Shown here piece after piece: positions 1 through 13,279 of a stretch of DNA of 64,000 nucleotides. Each line of letters starts with the position of its first letter. Position 1 is the first letter of the stretch. Made by a program: the position numbers and the translations under genes. Source of the DNA: Octopus sinensis (lineage: Eukaryota); contig NC_043014.1 of NCBI RefSeq assembly GCF_006345805.1, forward strand, positions 28,272,001 through 28,336,000, read 5' to 3'. Below the pieces are notes generated by a model that was not told where the DNA came from, did no database searches, and saw only the letters and a program-made list of their open reading frames with translations.

Positions 1-108
1 ATAGAACTAAATTCTCAATAAGTATTCCTACTATCTCCACTAATGATAATTATGTGTCAGAAGAACAAGTACAGTTGTACTATACTATTCCAGTGTAAAA
101 AAAAATCG

Positions 109-478
109 AAGGTGCAATGGCCCAGTGGTTAGGTAGAAGACTCGCGGTCATAGGATCGCGGTTTCGATTCCCAGACCGGGTGTTTTGAGTGCTTATTGAA
201 CGAAAACACTCAATAAGCACTCAATAAGCAGGGCTTAGTGGTGAACCTTGCTGTACTCTTTCACTACAACCTTTCTCACTCTTTCTTCCTGTATTTCAAA
301 AGGCCAACTTTGTCACACTCTGTGTCACGCTGAATCTCCCCGAGAATTACGTTATGGGTACACGTGTCTGTGGAGTACTCAGCCACTTGCACGTTAATTT
401 CACGAGCAGGCTGTGAACTGGAACTCTCGTCGTCGTAACCAATGGAGTGCTGTAGTAGCATAAAATACATTTTGTTAC
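109..478 (+). mobile_element. tRNA-derived SINE (family D)
   Basis: tRNA-like head ggtgcaatggcccagtggttagg...ggtttcgattccc. The 3' body (gtactcagccacttgcacgttaatttcacgagcaggctg) recurs reverse-complemented at ~25775-25868. Confidence 0.75.
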
Positions 479-739
479 ATGAAACAGAAAAACGTAATTA
501 GTTACCTCCCCTCGTCTGAACAAGTAAAACTTGAATCTAAATACAAGTTTGTGTAAGGTGTTGGGCAGAAACTACATAACAGTTTATTATGAAGGAATGG
601 TTAAAACAATTTTCAAAAGGTGAAGGAAAATACAGAGCCATATTTATCGTTGGATCTTCAGTAAGCAAATACCAACTGTCAAGCGGTTGTGGGGGACAAA
701 GACACACACATACACGTTTGTTTGTTTGTATGTATGTGT

Positions 740-748
740 GTGTGTCTG

Positions 749-796
<48 letters not shown>

Positions 797-843
797 GCAC
801 GCACGCACACACACACACACACGCACGCATACACACACACATA
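740..843. repeat. (TG)n/(CA)n compound microsatellite
   Basis: Direct reading; source of the CVCV/THTH ORFs. Confidence 0.95.
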
Positions 844-1237
844 TATATGGACCAAAAACAATTTGATTAAAATTTCGTGCTTCTTAAAGTTTCAGAGCTC
901 TTGAAGCTTATCGTCGGGCAGTGGAAATTTGGATGAGATGCCCGACGGTAATTTTCACGAGCTTTAAAACTTTAAGTACCACGGAATTTGAATCAAACTG
1001 TTTTGATCCATACATGTAACTCCCAATAAATGTGTTGATTGATTACACCTACTTCTAGTTGGTGTCAGATGTGATCTGGGTGGAGGACGTCTCAAACTGA
1101 ACTTGCTGTAATAATCTATGATGAGGTCTTTTTCCTTCCACGTTGATGGAAACTTTGACTAACTTATGCTGTACCTAGGTGTAGGGGTTGGTCAAATCTA
1201 GCCACAGTATAGCTCTAACATGAGAATTACAGTGGTC

Positions 1238-1239
<2 letters not shown>

Positions 1240-1268
<29 letters not shown>

Positions 1269-1370
1269 TGTATGTATGTATGTATGTATGTATGTATGTA
1301 TGTATGTATGTATGTATGTATGTATGTATGTATGTATGTATGTATGTATGTATGTATGTATGCATGTATG
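1240..1370. repeat. (TATG)n microsatellite abutting the 3' end of an R4-like LINE fragment
   Basis: About 30 TATG units. Confidence 0.95.
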
Positions 1371-1371
1371 T

Positions 1372-1890
1372 AAGTCTTTTCTATTTTTTTAATTATTATA
1401 AATCTTCCACTGAGGAGGGAGCCGGTTTCCAACAAAGAGACAAGGCTCCATCTTTGGGATGTAGTTAACACAGACTAATTCACATTTGGAACTTGAGAAT
1501 AGTCTTGTATATTTTTATTGTTCCACTCACATATTGCACTTGTAATGTATGAAGTAGCCGGTCCATTCCTCTTTCTGAAAATCCCAGTTTATTCAGATTC
1601 TCCTTTAAGCATTTAATAACAAAACTTAGTGCTCCAATTATAGATATCCTCTTTTTCTTTGATTTTCAAAGAGATATTTATATCTGCAGGGCAGCTGGCC
1701 TCTGTCCCAAACAACAATATTCGGCCTGTTACGTTTACAGAAGTTTGATAGGAATATTCCATCAGTATTCCTTGAGTTGGTGCTTATGAATGTATTCTAT
1801 AACAGGGATTTTCTAAGACTTTTTTTTGCGGATGGCATTGTAAAATGTTTTGAAAATATAGGCATTGTACAGTGATTAAATATTTTATTC
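1372..1890 (-). mobile_element. R4/Dong-like non-LTR retrotransposon, 3' fragment (RLE C-terminus + 3'UTR)
   Basis: Highly similar to 52145-52520 (shared ttccact.agaagggagccggtttccaacaaagagacaaggctccatctttgggatgtagttaacacagac), which is joined to the CCHC/RLE-coding fragment at 52700-52970. Confidence 0.75.
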
Positions 1891-2233
1891 CTCAGAAATA
1901 TCGTGATTGTTCAAAACTCTCATTGTACCATCCCATAGCACAACCCCGTGGAAATCGTGACATTTACCACCTCTTGTGAGTCGGTAAGGTTCCCAACGGG
2001 CTACCATTGCCAAGGTTAAGAACTACTGCTGTAAAGCATGGGTAGATCCCAAGATATGAAGTTGTCCGGATAGAGATATAAGAGGAGGAAAACAAGAAAT
2101 ATTTCAACAAGAGTTATCTTTATTGAACGCTGGAGTGTGTTCCCTTCATCTCCCTATTCCTCCTCCCTCTTTGATTTATAGATAGATAGATAGACACATA
2201 CATACATATATACATACATACATACACACACAC

Positions 2234-2280
<47 letters not shown>

Positions 2281-2764
2281 CACAAATAGATAGAAATGAA
2301 ACAAGTTATTCGTAACGATCTAGAAAAAATATTTGACTAGCAAACCACTAAGGAATTCGTTCCTTTGTAAGTTATGATAAGAAAGAAAAAAAAACATAAT
2401 GAAATAATTATGTTATTTTGTATTTTATACAATACCTATTATTTTGTTGTTGCTCTATTTTCTGTATGTAATGTAATTTATTCAAAAAGAAATCAGCACT
2501 AACTTTATTGCAAATGGCGAACGTTTCATATTTTAGGCAGTTTTAATTCCCTGTTGTTATTCAAGATAAGATAAAAAATATTTTGGTGAATTTATTAATA
2601 ATACATTCCCGGGCTGATATTGTAGTTGTTGATTCCTTCTTTTGTTATAGTCAGCGTTAGACATTTTGTCGAGCATTGCCTCCATGTGTAAGTATATCAT
2701 GAACTACACACAACCCAAAATTACTTGCGTGATGCAAACAAAACAAACTGGTAGCGCGATGCTG

Positions 2765-4316
2765 TACAAGAATAGTTCATGGGCAGACTATGAATGAGTG
2801 ATACTAGAGCTGGGAAATCTTGCACGCATTAATTTCAGCTTTTCTTATTAATAGTTTCATTGTTTCTTTCCAGTAAACTGACATCTGCCTGTTCGAAGAA
2901 GACTTCAAATGTAACTAGTAGCGACTTCTCTTGAAAATGGGCAAAATTTAGCATCGTGGTGTTATCAAGTACCCGCAGAATAAAGGGTTTAGCTCACACC
3001 CCATCCAAGGGCATTCATACTGAGATGGCTGCTATATTAGAAGATGATGCTTCCAGCTTTATCAACAGTGCGAAAGTGGGTAGTTGAATTTAGGAGGTGA
3101 AGGGAAATCCTTGAAGATGATCCAAGGTTTGGACGGGTTGCAACCGCCATCACCGAAAAAAACCCATTTATTTCTTTATTACCCATAGGGGGCTAAACAT
3201 AGAGGGGACAAACAAGGACAGACAAGGGGATTAAGTCGATTATATCGACCCCCGTGATTAACTGGTACGTATTTAATCGACCCCGAAAGGATAAAAGGCA
3301 AAGTCGACCTCGGCGGAATTTGAACTCAGAACGTAACGGCAGACGAAATACCGCTAGGCATTTCGCCCGGCGTGCTAATGTTACTGCCAGCTCGCCGCCT
3401 TTCCACCGAGGAAAACATTGATCGTGTTCACCGCATGGTGATGGATGACAGGCGATTGACTATAAATCAATTAGCCAATGCTGCTAGCATATCCCGTGAG
3501 AAAGTTGAGAATATTTTGCACAATGGCTTGGCATGACGAAGGTTTCTGCTCTGTGGGTGCCATGTTTTCTGACACCTGATCATTAGTACACCAAGCTGAT
3601 CACGACACGACAAAATCTGACATTGTTTGAGACAGATCCAGCTGGTTTCTTTGAACCAGAATGAGTGTTGGATTGATCACTTTCAGCTAGAGACAAAGAG
3701 ACAATCCATTCAGCGGAAGCGCTCCTCCTCAATTATTCAAAAGAAGGGCGTTTCATTTTCAGGAGAGGTGACGGCCTTAGTTTTTGATGGATGCAAAAGT
3801 TATTGTTTATTGACCATCTTCAAAACACCACACCATCAATAGAGAGTACTATTCCAATTTGCTGAGCAGTTACGAAAGGCTATCAGGACCAAAAACCCAG
3901 GAAACCTGAAGAGTGGTGTCTTGTTTCATCAGGACAATGCACCAGCATACAAGTTCTTGCTTTTAAAGGCTGCTGTGCGTTACTGTGTCTTTGAACTGGT
4001 TGATAACACTCCCTACTCTCCTGATTTGGCCCCATCTGACTATCATCTGTTCACCTACATGAAAAACAAAAACAAAAACAAACCCCTACCACTTGGCTGG
4101 GAACGAGTATCGCAGTGATGATGCCGTCATATTTGCCGTTGATGAATTTTTTGACCTACAACGTGAAGGCTTCTTCACTAATGGGACCAAGCACTGCAAC
4201 ACCAATACGAAGTGTGTGGACTGCAAGGGGGACTATGTTGAAAAATAAACCTGGTTTGGTTACATCCCATGAAAGTATTTTGGTCAACTTATGAATTTTT
4301 CAGCCGACCCTCGTAG
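2765..4316 (+). mobile_element. Degraded mariner transposon (pseudogenised transposase), interrupted by a SINE
   Basis: Frames give KGIHTEMAAILEDD...STVRKWVVEFRR...EDDPR (HTH) and FHQDNAPAY...TPYSPDLAPSDYHLF (D,D34D region). The right end gaatttttcagccgaccctcgta is a mariner-type TIR. Confidence 0.9.
3162..3400 (-). mobile_element. tRNA-derived SINE family A inserted in the mariner
   Basis: Reverse complement of ggcggcgagctggcag...gagttcaaattccgccgaggtcgactttgcc...cctttcggggtcgattaaat... Confidence 0.9.
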
Positions 4317-5619
4317 TTCTCACCAGTTTTATTTCATTTAACCATTTCTAGCTCCGATTCCAACTCTCACTCTAAAGGTTTATTTATTGTATTTGCTGGG
4401 AGCTGTGGATTTACGAATATGAAATTCCCAAATAAATTGTAGTTGCTTATCTTCCCTCACGTACCCTCATCCAAAAATACGCATAAAAAATAAGGGAAAT
4501 AACTTTTATGGAATTAAGGGAAAAAAATATCAATATTGTGTTATTTCTTTTATTTAATTAATCATGTTAACCACAATCTATCCGCAACCCGCTTTAATGA
4601 AAATGTTTACGTTTAAATTATAATCTTGGGACTGTAAACACGAAATGACAAGAAGGATAATATTTGTAAGTTAATCTGAAATATTTGTAATGTCACTCTA
4701 TATCATGTAGCTCATGATTACTTCCCTTTATACGCACGCCGTCTCGATGCGTTTAAGGAAAACAAAAAGGAAAGGAGACAAAACAGTGTGTATGCGAACA
4801 AATAATCGCCTTACTTTTGTTCATGACAGAAGGTGTATTGTAATATTGTTACTCCTTTAACATTCTGCCATGCACTATCTTCAATATTTATAGTTTTCGT
4901 GATTTACGGTTGTAAAATTTGCCAAAGCTTTATTAAATAAAAACACGCCTCACCTATGTCGATAATTGGTTTCAAGACATGCGACTGAACTCGAAACATG
5001 ACGTAACAAAAAAAAACATTAAAACAAAAATTATTCGATTACATTGTTTTAATAAATGCTTTGTACATATTTTCTCGTGTATTTTATTTAATTTTTTTTA
5101 CCCTCTTCAGCATTGGTTTTTAGGGTTAGACATTTTTTTTTCGTTCTTTTAAATGTTCGTTAAAGTCGGATAAATCGAGTGAAATCTATTCATTCCATTA
5201 ATTTCTTTATAAAACGACCTAAAGCCGAACAATATTGAGGTATGTCCGTATTCTATTGATTAACATAATGAGGATTGTAATAAGTATAAACAAAATATCT
5301 GGCTTTTATATTCCATTCTCCTAACTTATTTGTAATTATGTAATTATGTTAGAATAAGTTACATAAAAAGAGATACAGACACTAAATTCTCTCTGGTATC
5401 GCATGGATATACAACAATTATTCGATCTCCCATGAGAGTTTGAAATAAGAACCAAATCACCCTTAAATTACTTTCTACTGTCTTAAAAATGGATAAAGTA
5501 GTTCTAGATGCACAATACCAAAAAATGAAAGACTGGTCATGGCTAGAAAGTCTGTAATGGTAGGGCTGAGAAAGAGCAGTACCTGTTATGACTGAAGTTC
5601 TGGGGAGCAAGTTCTGGGG

Positions 5620-5800
5620 AGAGGGTAAATCGATTACAATCACCCTAGTGATCAACTGGTACTTATTTTAGAGAAAGGACATCCCGAAAGGATAATAGGC
5701 AAAGTCGACCTCGGCGGAATTTGATTTCGGAACGTGGAGACGGACGAAATGCTACAAAGCGTTTTGCCCGTCGTGCTAACGATGCTGCCAGGTTTCCGCC
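5620..5800 (-). mobile_element. SINE family A
   Basis: cccgaaagga...ggcaaagtcgacctcggcggaatttg core in reverse orientation. Confidence 0.85.
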
Positions 5801-5921
5801 TTAATACTGGTAAACTTAATAACAGTCAAACTCACATTTAACTTTGTAAAACCAAAGAAGGATGAAATAGTGCTATACATGGCTACCAACAACTTTAAGA
5901 ATTTAATAAATATTTTGAATA

Positions 5922-6182
<261 letters not shown>

Positions 6183-6323
6183 CTATATATACATTAAACT
6201 ACGGTTTACCTCTTAAATTACCTGCTGCCGTATACCTTATACCAAGGACCATACTTACTGAGGTAATTACCAGGAGTGCCTCTGGATACTCTTATCCTTT
6301 AGAGGGCTTAACACCTCTAACCT

Positions 6324-6411
<88 letters not shown>

Positions 6412-6854
6412 TTTCGAAACACATAGCGTAGAGGTGCTCAAGTCGAACCTGAGGCGTTACAATATAATGGATACAATAGAAAAAGTTCAAATCAGGCAAA
6501 CTACGGTTAACACACATATATATACGGGTTTAGTTAAGATAAAAATAAGAATTGTCCAAGCTGAAACATTTTTTGATATATTAGAGATATAAAAATATAA
6601 AAACATATGAATATTAAAAATATACATGGACATACAAATATATGGATATATAAGCATAATAATAATGGAATATTGATAAAAAACGTTTCTTTTTAAATTA
6701 AAATATGGTATTGAGAAAAAATAATAGGCATTAAAAAGAGTTTTGAGTTACATGTTAGAAGAAGATAAAATATTCCAAGGATCGTTTCTGGGGTTCATTC
6801 GTCCAAATAACAAATGAATCTTAAGATTCATTTCCAGAGAATGTCTCCTTCACA

Positions 6855-6885
<31 letters not shown>

Positions 6886-7229
6886 TTGTGTGTACGTTGT
6901 GCGTGTGTGTATGTGTGTGTGATTTCTACATCTTTTTTACATTTTGAATTGAATTTCAAATTTTCAAATCTGACTCAATCCATGAACTCTAATATCCCAT
7001 TTTTGGGATAGATATTTTAAATTTAATAAAAATATTATTGTGTTTCTTTTGTTAAATATTTACAAGTACTCTTCAAATATACCATTAAAATAAGCAATAT
7101 AACAGGAGAAAAATATTCTTTCTGTAACCATCAGTCATATTTTAATTACTAGGGGAAAAAACCCCAAAAGGGGATGAAAAGGGTGGGATTAAGTAGGGGG
7201 AGGGGACAACGGGCCGCATACCCCAGACC

Positions 7230-7590
7230 AAATGGCGTATCTAGTTGCACCTTGCAGTCATGTCCGCGATGACGTTACCGCGTAGAATGGTCAGCGATAC
7301 TCGCTGCAGTAGCCAGTCCACCACGCAGGGCTCATTTCTCAGACGGCTCGCCGTTATCCATATTTTGTAGAGGAAATTGGTGGTGCGGGGTCCTAGAACA
7401 TCTGACGTGTCGACAGTGACCGACACAAGCTGAGAGGGCTAGTCAAGCCCCTGTATTTATTTATTTTTCTCTCCTCTGCGTTAGGGGCGGCGATACACGG
7501 GGTTTGCACCGAATTGAGCCACACGGCACTGTTTGGTTGCGAAGCGGAACGGAGGCAGGCGAGGTGGTACTGGTCTCTGTCCAACGTAAC
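7230..7590 (-). mobile_element. CRE-like (RLE-type) non-LTR retrotransposon C-terminal remnant
   Basis: Minus frame reads SAVWLNSV...(deletion)...DTSDVLGPRTTNFLYKIW...EPCVVDWLLQRVSLTILRGN, matching the 'G.LG....F...L.QRLS.AIQRGN' terminus of CRE-clade elements. Confidence 0.55.
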
Positions 7591-8139
7591 TGGGAGGACA
7601 GGAGAAATATAATCGAAGGGTCATTAGCAGCTAAGAAAATGTAAAAAAATTTATAACATTCCGTCGTTGAATTGCTTTGAATGGGTTAACGTAATGGAGA
7701 AGCGATTGTCTCCCCTGTAATAGTGGAACAACAAACGTACACCTAGTATAAATTAAAGTTTTCCTCGTAATTCATTTTTTTGCGATAAAACTATATTCTA
7801 TTCCATTCACCTGTTTGTTACAAGTTGATTTGCAGTTATTATTACTAACAGTGAAACTATTTGAAGTATTGGGTAAAATTTAATAATATACTTGATGGTC
7901 ATCTGTTGTCTTAATCATAACTGACTTTTAAGATTTAGATAACTTTGGATTGAATGAAAAGATTAATAATCTAAGTTTTCTGTTTACTGTCAATGCGTTG
8001 CTCTCAAAAATTTATGGTGCTTCTAAATTTAACCCCCCCCCCCAAAAAAAAACCCCATAAAACAAAACAAAACAAAACAGTCCACTATTCGAACTTGAAA
8101 ATACGGTTTTAGTTTTAGCCTTAATTCCGTCTTGTACAA

Positions 8140-8490
8140 CTGACTAGTACATTGGGCAGCAAGATGTCTCCATTAATCCCGGTTTTGAGTATTGTCGCCT
8201 GCGTCTTCCCAGGTGATGTTAAGTTGCTTCAGATCTTTCTTTGAAGTTGGTGTGCCATGTCTTCTTTGTTCTCACTCTGTTTCATCGTCCATTTGGTGGT
8301 ACCCATTGTGTAGCTGTTTTAGAGATTCGTTCTTCTGGTAGATGGAAAACATGACCTACCGGTCTCTTCTTTCCGCCACAGTCTCTTCAGGCTGCACAGA
8401 GTTATTCTTCTCAGGACTTCAGAGTTTGTGATTCTATCCTTGTAAGTGATCTTAAAAATATTGTGTAGACACCATTGGAGGAATTCAATC
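8140..8490 (-). mobile_element. RTE-clade LINE 3' fragment
   Basis: Minus frame FLQWCLHNIFKITYKDRITNSEVLRR, followed by frameshifted post-RT motifs. Confidence 0.7.
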
Positions 8491-8609
8491 AAATATATGT
8501 ATTACCAATAATTTTTCCGATACTCATGGATTAAATAGTAAGGCTGGTGTATGATGTGTGTATCTAATGGCTATCATGCATACTTTGTTTTCAATATTTG
8601 TTGAAGGCA

Positions 8610-8813
8610 AGGCGGAGAGCTGCCAGAATCGTTCGCACACCGGGTAAAATGCTCAGCGGCACTTCGTCCGCCTTTACGTTCTGAGTTTAAATTCAGTCGA
8701 TGTCGACTTTGACTTTCATCCTTTCGGGGGTCGATAAAATAAGTACCAGATGACCACTGAGGTCGATATCTCACTGCCCAGAAATTGCTGGCCTTGTACC
8801 AAAATTTGAAACC
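8610..8813 (+). mobile_element. SINE family A
   Basis: ggcggagagctgccagaatcgtt...ttcatcctttcggggg...ataagtaccag...aaatttgaaacca. Confidence 0.85.
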
Positions 8814-9084
8814 AGCACTTGTTGGAGACAATGTGAGAGTATCAGACCAAATTGATATATTACAGAACTTACTTCAGACCTATGAACTGATTCATTTAAC
8901 CCTCAGAGATGAATTAAATGGACGCTAACAATAAAATCTGACGACTCAAGTGCCTATTCTCTTTTCTATGCAACATTTGTTTTTCTGCATAGTCGAAAAT
9001 AACAACAGCTCAGTCTAAGTAAAAGCAAACATTTATTAATTTTCTTATGGCACTCAAAATATTTTAATACTACTTTAGTGATGA

Positions 9085-9320
9085 AGGTGGAGGTGCATGA
9101 CTTAGTGGTTAGGGTGTCAAGCACCATAATCGTAAGATTGTGGTTTCGATTTCTGGACCGGGCGACACTTTCACGTTGCTCCAGTCCACTCAGCTGGTAA
9201 AATGAGTAACGCTGCAATGGACTGGCGTCCCGTCTAGCTAGGGAACACATACGCCATAGGAACCGAGAAACCGGGCCCATGAGCCTGTCTAGGCTTTAAA
9301 AAGGGCGCATTTATTTTTAT
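9085..9320 (+). mobile_element. tRNA-derived CORE-like SINE (family C-related)
   Basis: A-box-like tgacttagtggttagg, B-box-like ggtttcgatt, and cacgttgctccagtccactcagctg shared with 47677-47900. Confidence 0.7.
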
Positions 9321-9449
9321 TCATAGTAATGAAGAAATACAATCTCTGCAATCTCTTTCATATTTTCATTTTATCCGACACATATTTAATATTATGTATT
9401 TGATATATATCTCACAATCTTGAAATCATAACTTTTGGTACCATAATGT

Positions 9450-10030
9450 TACATGTAGCAATTTAAACACTTATCTGTCGGTCACATGTCGCTTGTTCTT
9501 TATACAAGATCACGTGATACACTGTGCGTTGTAAACTCTTTTCATAAGGTTACATGGTACAGAGTGTATTGTCTGCTAAATGTGGCATGATGTGAGTCTC
9601 TTTCTCTGGAAAAGTCTGTAAAATAATCCTTTCTTCTTGCTCGAGGTGGCTTTGTCTAATTAGGCAATTTGAATTTTAACCACCTTTGTTATTTTTTGTT
9701 CATTTTACCACTTCAAATCATGTCTGTCAACTTTAAGTACACCACCGACATTCAATTTGGATGATTTTGTTTTTTTGAAACAAACCAGGAATTTTTGCAA
9801 TCTGTTATATGAATATCTAAGAATTTATGTACGAAAATGAGAAGTGTATGTTTTGACTTTAATATTACAGGTTGCCAGTTAAGTCGCATTAGTTTCTTTC
9901 TTCTCTTATAAAGAGTTTTCGAGGAAGTGGGTGTCTCATATAACATTATAAAGTCGGGTCATGTCAGAGTTGATTTCGCTTGTCTTAATATTGTTTTATT
10001 TACCGTTGATATCTACAAAAAATTGGGAGC
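9450..10030 (-). mobile_element. Possible piggyBac-like transposase C-terminal remnant
   Basis: Minus frame MLYETPTSSKTLYKRRKKL resembles the post-third-D 'Y...RKT..W.KK' region, followed by Cys-rich fragments; heavily decayed. Confidence 0.35.
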
Positions 10031-10442
10031 AAATAGTTATGTCCCAGGCCCATATTTTTGTTACTCTTATTATTATATACATTTATGGCACTTTGACTTA
10101 TGAGTTCAAATTGTACAAATGTCTATTTTGCTTTTCATGCTGGTGGGGATCAGCATAAAAGACCAGTTAATTGGGTAGTGCTTCCCTCATTTGTGTTTGT
10201 TGCGTGATATAGGTTCGTCTGGAACCCCAAGTTACAAAGAAGAGTTTTTTGAATACATCTTCATCTATATTTCGTATATTTCTTCGGTTTTTAGTTAAAG
10301 GATTGAAGAAGTTGTGGGCCTCTAAACATTAAGCTGTTACAGTGTCGTATCCTTACTCAAGAAGAAGAGGGCTGGGTTTTTGGCTTTATGTAGTGGCGCC
10401 CAGGCTTTCTAAGTTCGGCGCTAGATAACCCAGGATTTTCTC

Positions 10443-10972
10443 TATACAGGAAGAGAGGACGGATGTTTTTGAAAAATTCATAAAATTATTAATTTTTGCC
10501 GCAAACAAATTTTATTGACATCAATGTATTTGTATTGAATTAGCATTTGTCATAATTAAGTGTGGAAAGCAACATCCATCATGTGGTGTCTGTTTTCATT
10601 GATGCATTTCTGAAGGCGTTCTTGGAAGTTGGCCTTCACTCTCTCCAGCATTGCTCTGTGCTTAGTTCCATGGTTTAAGCAGTTGCCTAATGACCAATTT
10701 GTACGAGTGGAAATTCAGGTCTTCATGCCATGTTCAGTGAAATGCCTTTGAGCAGAGCGATTCAGACTCTGTATCAAAGCTTGTCTGACGCGTAACTATC
10801 GTAGGCAAACACGAGATGCTCAATCGTCCACAATGCTATGGCTTGACTTGAAAAGAAAAAAAATAGTAAGACACCACGTACCGAATGGTATCTATCAGAC
10901 ATATGTCCCTCCCACTGGGGCTGAGTAATAGCCATTTCAAAAACGTTCATCCTCTGCCCCACCCTGTACATA
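10443..10972 (-). mobile_element. Internally deleted Tc1/mariner element with imperfect TIRs
   Basis: tatacaggaagagaggacggatgtttttgaaa ... tttcaaaaacgttcatcctctgccccaccctgtacata; C-terminal transposase-like remnant inside. Confidence 0.65.
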
Positions 10973-10999
10973 ACCCTGTATATCTTTTATGTCCTTATT

Positions 11000-12470
11000 C
11001 CAGTGTGTAGAGCCTTACTTCTTTCAGCCTCTCCCGGTGGCTCATCTGTTGCATTGCAGTAATTATTTGCATGAAATAACTTTGGGTTGCCTCAAGTTCT
11101 GCTGCTAGTTTGACTCTATGTAGCAACCATAATTAAGAGCTTAAGAACAAATATTCTCCAAAGGACCAGCATGGTTTTCTAGTCTCTGTTATTGTGAATG
11201 ATATAAAACTCCAACCAGCCAATTACCACTATATAGTTGCTATCTTAATATGCACATGGAATGATGCATCATTACTTATTTTGAATCCCTGACAACATAC
11301 CGATTATGACTCCAAGATAACAATCCTCACTTTACCGGTCATATGTATGCCGACTGATATCTGTTTATGGGCTGATAGCCGAGTGCTTGAAATCACCCAG
11401 TATAGAACAGCATGTTGCTTTCTTCGGTTCAGATGTATATTCTGTTTAGGTCTCATTGTTGGTGATACTTTTGTCTCGTTAGCATAGCTGGTCAAGAAAC
11501 GGCAGTGGCCCCAGAATAGCTCCATGAGAAAAACTCCGCTTAGAATTAATATCCCTTCTGAGGGGGAATCGTTGGTTGCAAATATATTACTCCTACGTTT
11601 TAAAAAGACAAGTAGCTACTTCTCTAGTTTTCCAACTCTGTCGTAATCACGAAGTTGTGACCTATTCTATGATCAATTTTAACGAAAGCCTTCTCAAAAT
11701 CGACACATACTTCATGTTTGATGCAGTAGGAGCTGTGTGAAACAGCTCTTCTCTTGATGAATCTGTGTCATGTGTTTGTGATCAAGTCTTCAACGAACGT
11801 AATCAGCTTCTGTTTGACAAGCCGTTGCATGATTTGACTGATGGGTGAGACCAGAGAGATAAGTTTGTAGTTTTAAGCATTTGCTCAGCTTCCTCCTTTA
11901 GGGATGTGGTTTATTATAATTTATTTGAACTTACTGAGAAATTTACCACGGTTTTGCCAGAGCCTTCTTGCAAGGATTTAAGAGAACTGCTAGGATGCCA
12001 CCAGAGCCTATAGCCAACAGTTAGCATCACATCCCTCTCTTTTTATGCTTATGTAATCGATGGTTGTGACATCCATATGTAAGGCTGTTCTCTTGAACTC
12101 TTCTGGCTTGTTTGCATATCTCTCAGCGAAGAAGAGAAAACACTTTCTTCAGTATTTCATTTATCCTTTCGGGCTCTGCAGTCAATGAGCTACTTCCTTC
12201 GAACAATAACCTTATTTTGTAATATACCGAAGCTGATTCTCTTGCAAATTTACAAAAAGCCTTCATTTATATATTTTCTACAGCCCTGGTTTTCGTTCTT
12301 CCCTTACTCCTTCGTGAGAGTCCGAGTTTCCCTTCAGTTGCTAAAAGTGTCCTTTTCTAGGTATGATTCCTCGCTGTCCTCAAGTTGTTTATTTAAGCCA
12401 TTCAAGATCTTCATTTTACGCTTCATGAGGACTTTCCTGTCTCAGGTACAAATTTAATGCATATGGCTTG
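11000..12470 (-). mobile_element. Degraded CR1-like LINE reverse transcriptase region
   Basis: Minus-strand remnants of a frameshifted NYRPISL-like motif, VDFEKAFVKIDH, and GV(S)HGAILGPLPF...(YAN)ETK. Confidence 0.7.
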
Positions 12471-12489
12471 CGTTACTGACATATCTCTC

Positions 12490-12691
12490 TTTTACTCTCT
12501 TTTACTTGTTTCACTCATTTGACTGCGGCCATGCTGGAGCACCACCTTTAGTCGAGCAAATCGACCCCTAGTACTTATTCTATCGGTCTCTTTTGCCGAA
12601 CCACTAAGTTATGGGGACGTAAACACACCAGCATCGGTTGTCAAGCGATGTTGGACACACACACACACACACACACGTACACACACGCACG

Positions 12692-12766
<75 letters not shown>

Positions 12767-12785
12767 CGGGGTTTTTTCAGTTCTT
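12490..12785 (-). mobile_element. SINE family B 3' half with internal (CA)n
   Basis: ctcttttacttgtttcactcatttgactgcggccatgctggagcaccacc...gtaaacacaccagcatcggttgtcaagcgatg. Confidence 0.9.
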
Positions 12786-13205
12786 AAAAAAGTTTAATTT
12801 CATTGTCTTTCATAGAGAGTTTTGGGTCAATTCTGCCCCAGAGTCTCTTTTTGAATCCAGTTCCAATTTACTTTGTAGAAATTTAGGATAAATACGGTTC
12901 GGGTCTTTGAGCTCTGTTTCAATACCAAATAATAATACTGTGGATCATATATTATTAGTTCTATTATACTGTAATCTGAGAAAAACGTTGGTACATTCTG
13001 GTTGACTTCTACCTTGTTTACAAAGCAAAGAACCAAAACGTCTTAATCTCTGACTAAGTAGACTATTAATTGTTCCATGAAGAAAATTTTAGAGATCAAG
13101 TAAAAATCCTGCTTGTCTGTTAATGATGCCTTCGGACTATTGATGTTAGAGATACTGAAGTTGTAGTGGGCTGCATGTTACCAGTAGTACTTTTGAGTGA
13201 CCTGA

Positions 13206-13278
13206 CATACATACATACATACATACATACATACATACATACATACATACATACATACATACATACATACATACATAC
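13206..13278. repeat. (CATA)n microsatellite at the 5' junction of the R4-like LINE
   Basis: About 18 CATA units. Confidence 0.95.
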
Positions 13279-13279
13279 A

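Noticed and set aside
8360-8395. Minus-strand CUGAAGA...GAAA spacing (also CUGAUGA at 20396 and 22812)
   Set aside because: Stem II and/or stem I do not pair; chance occurrences inside other sequence.
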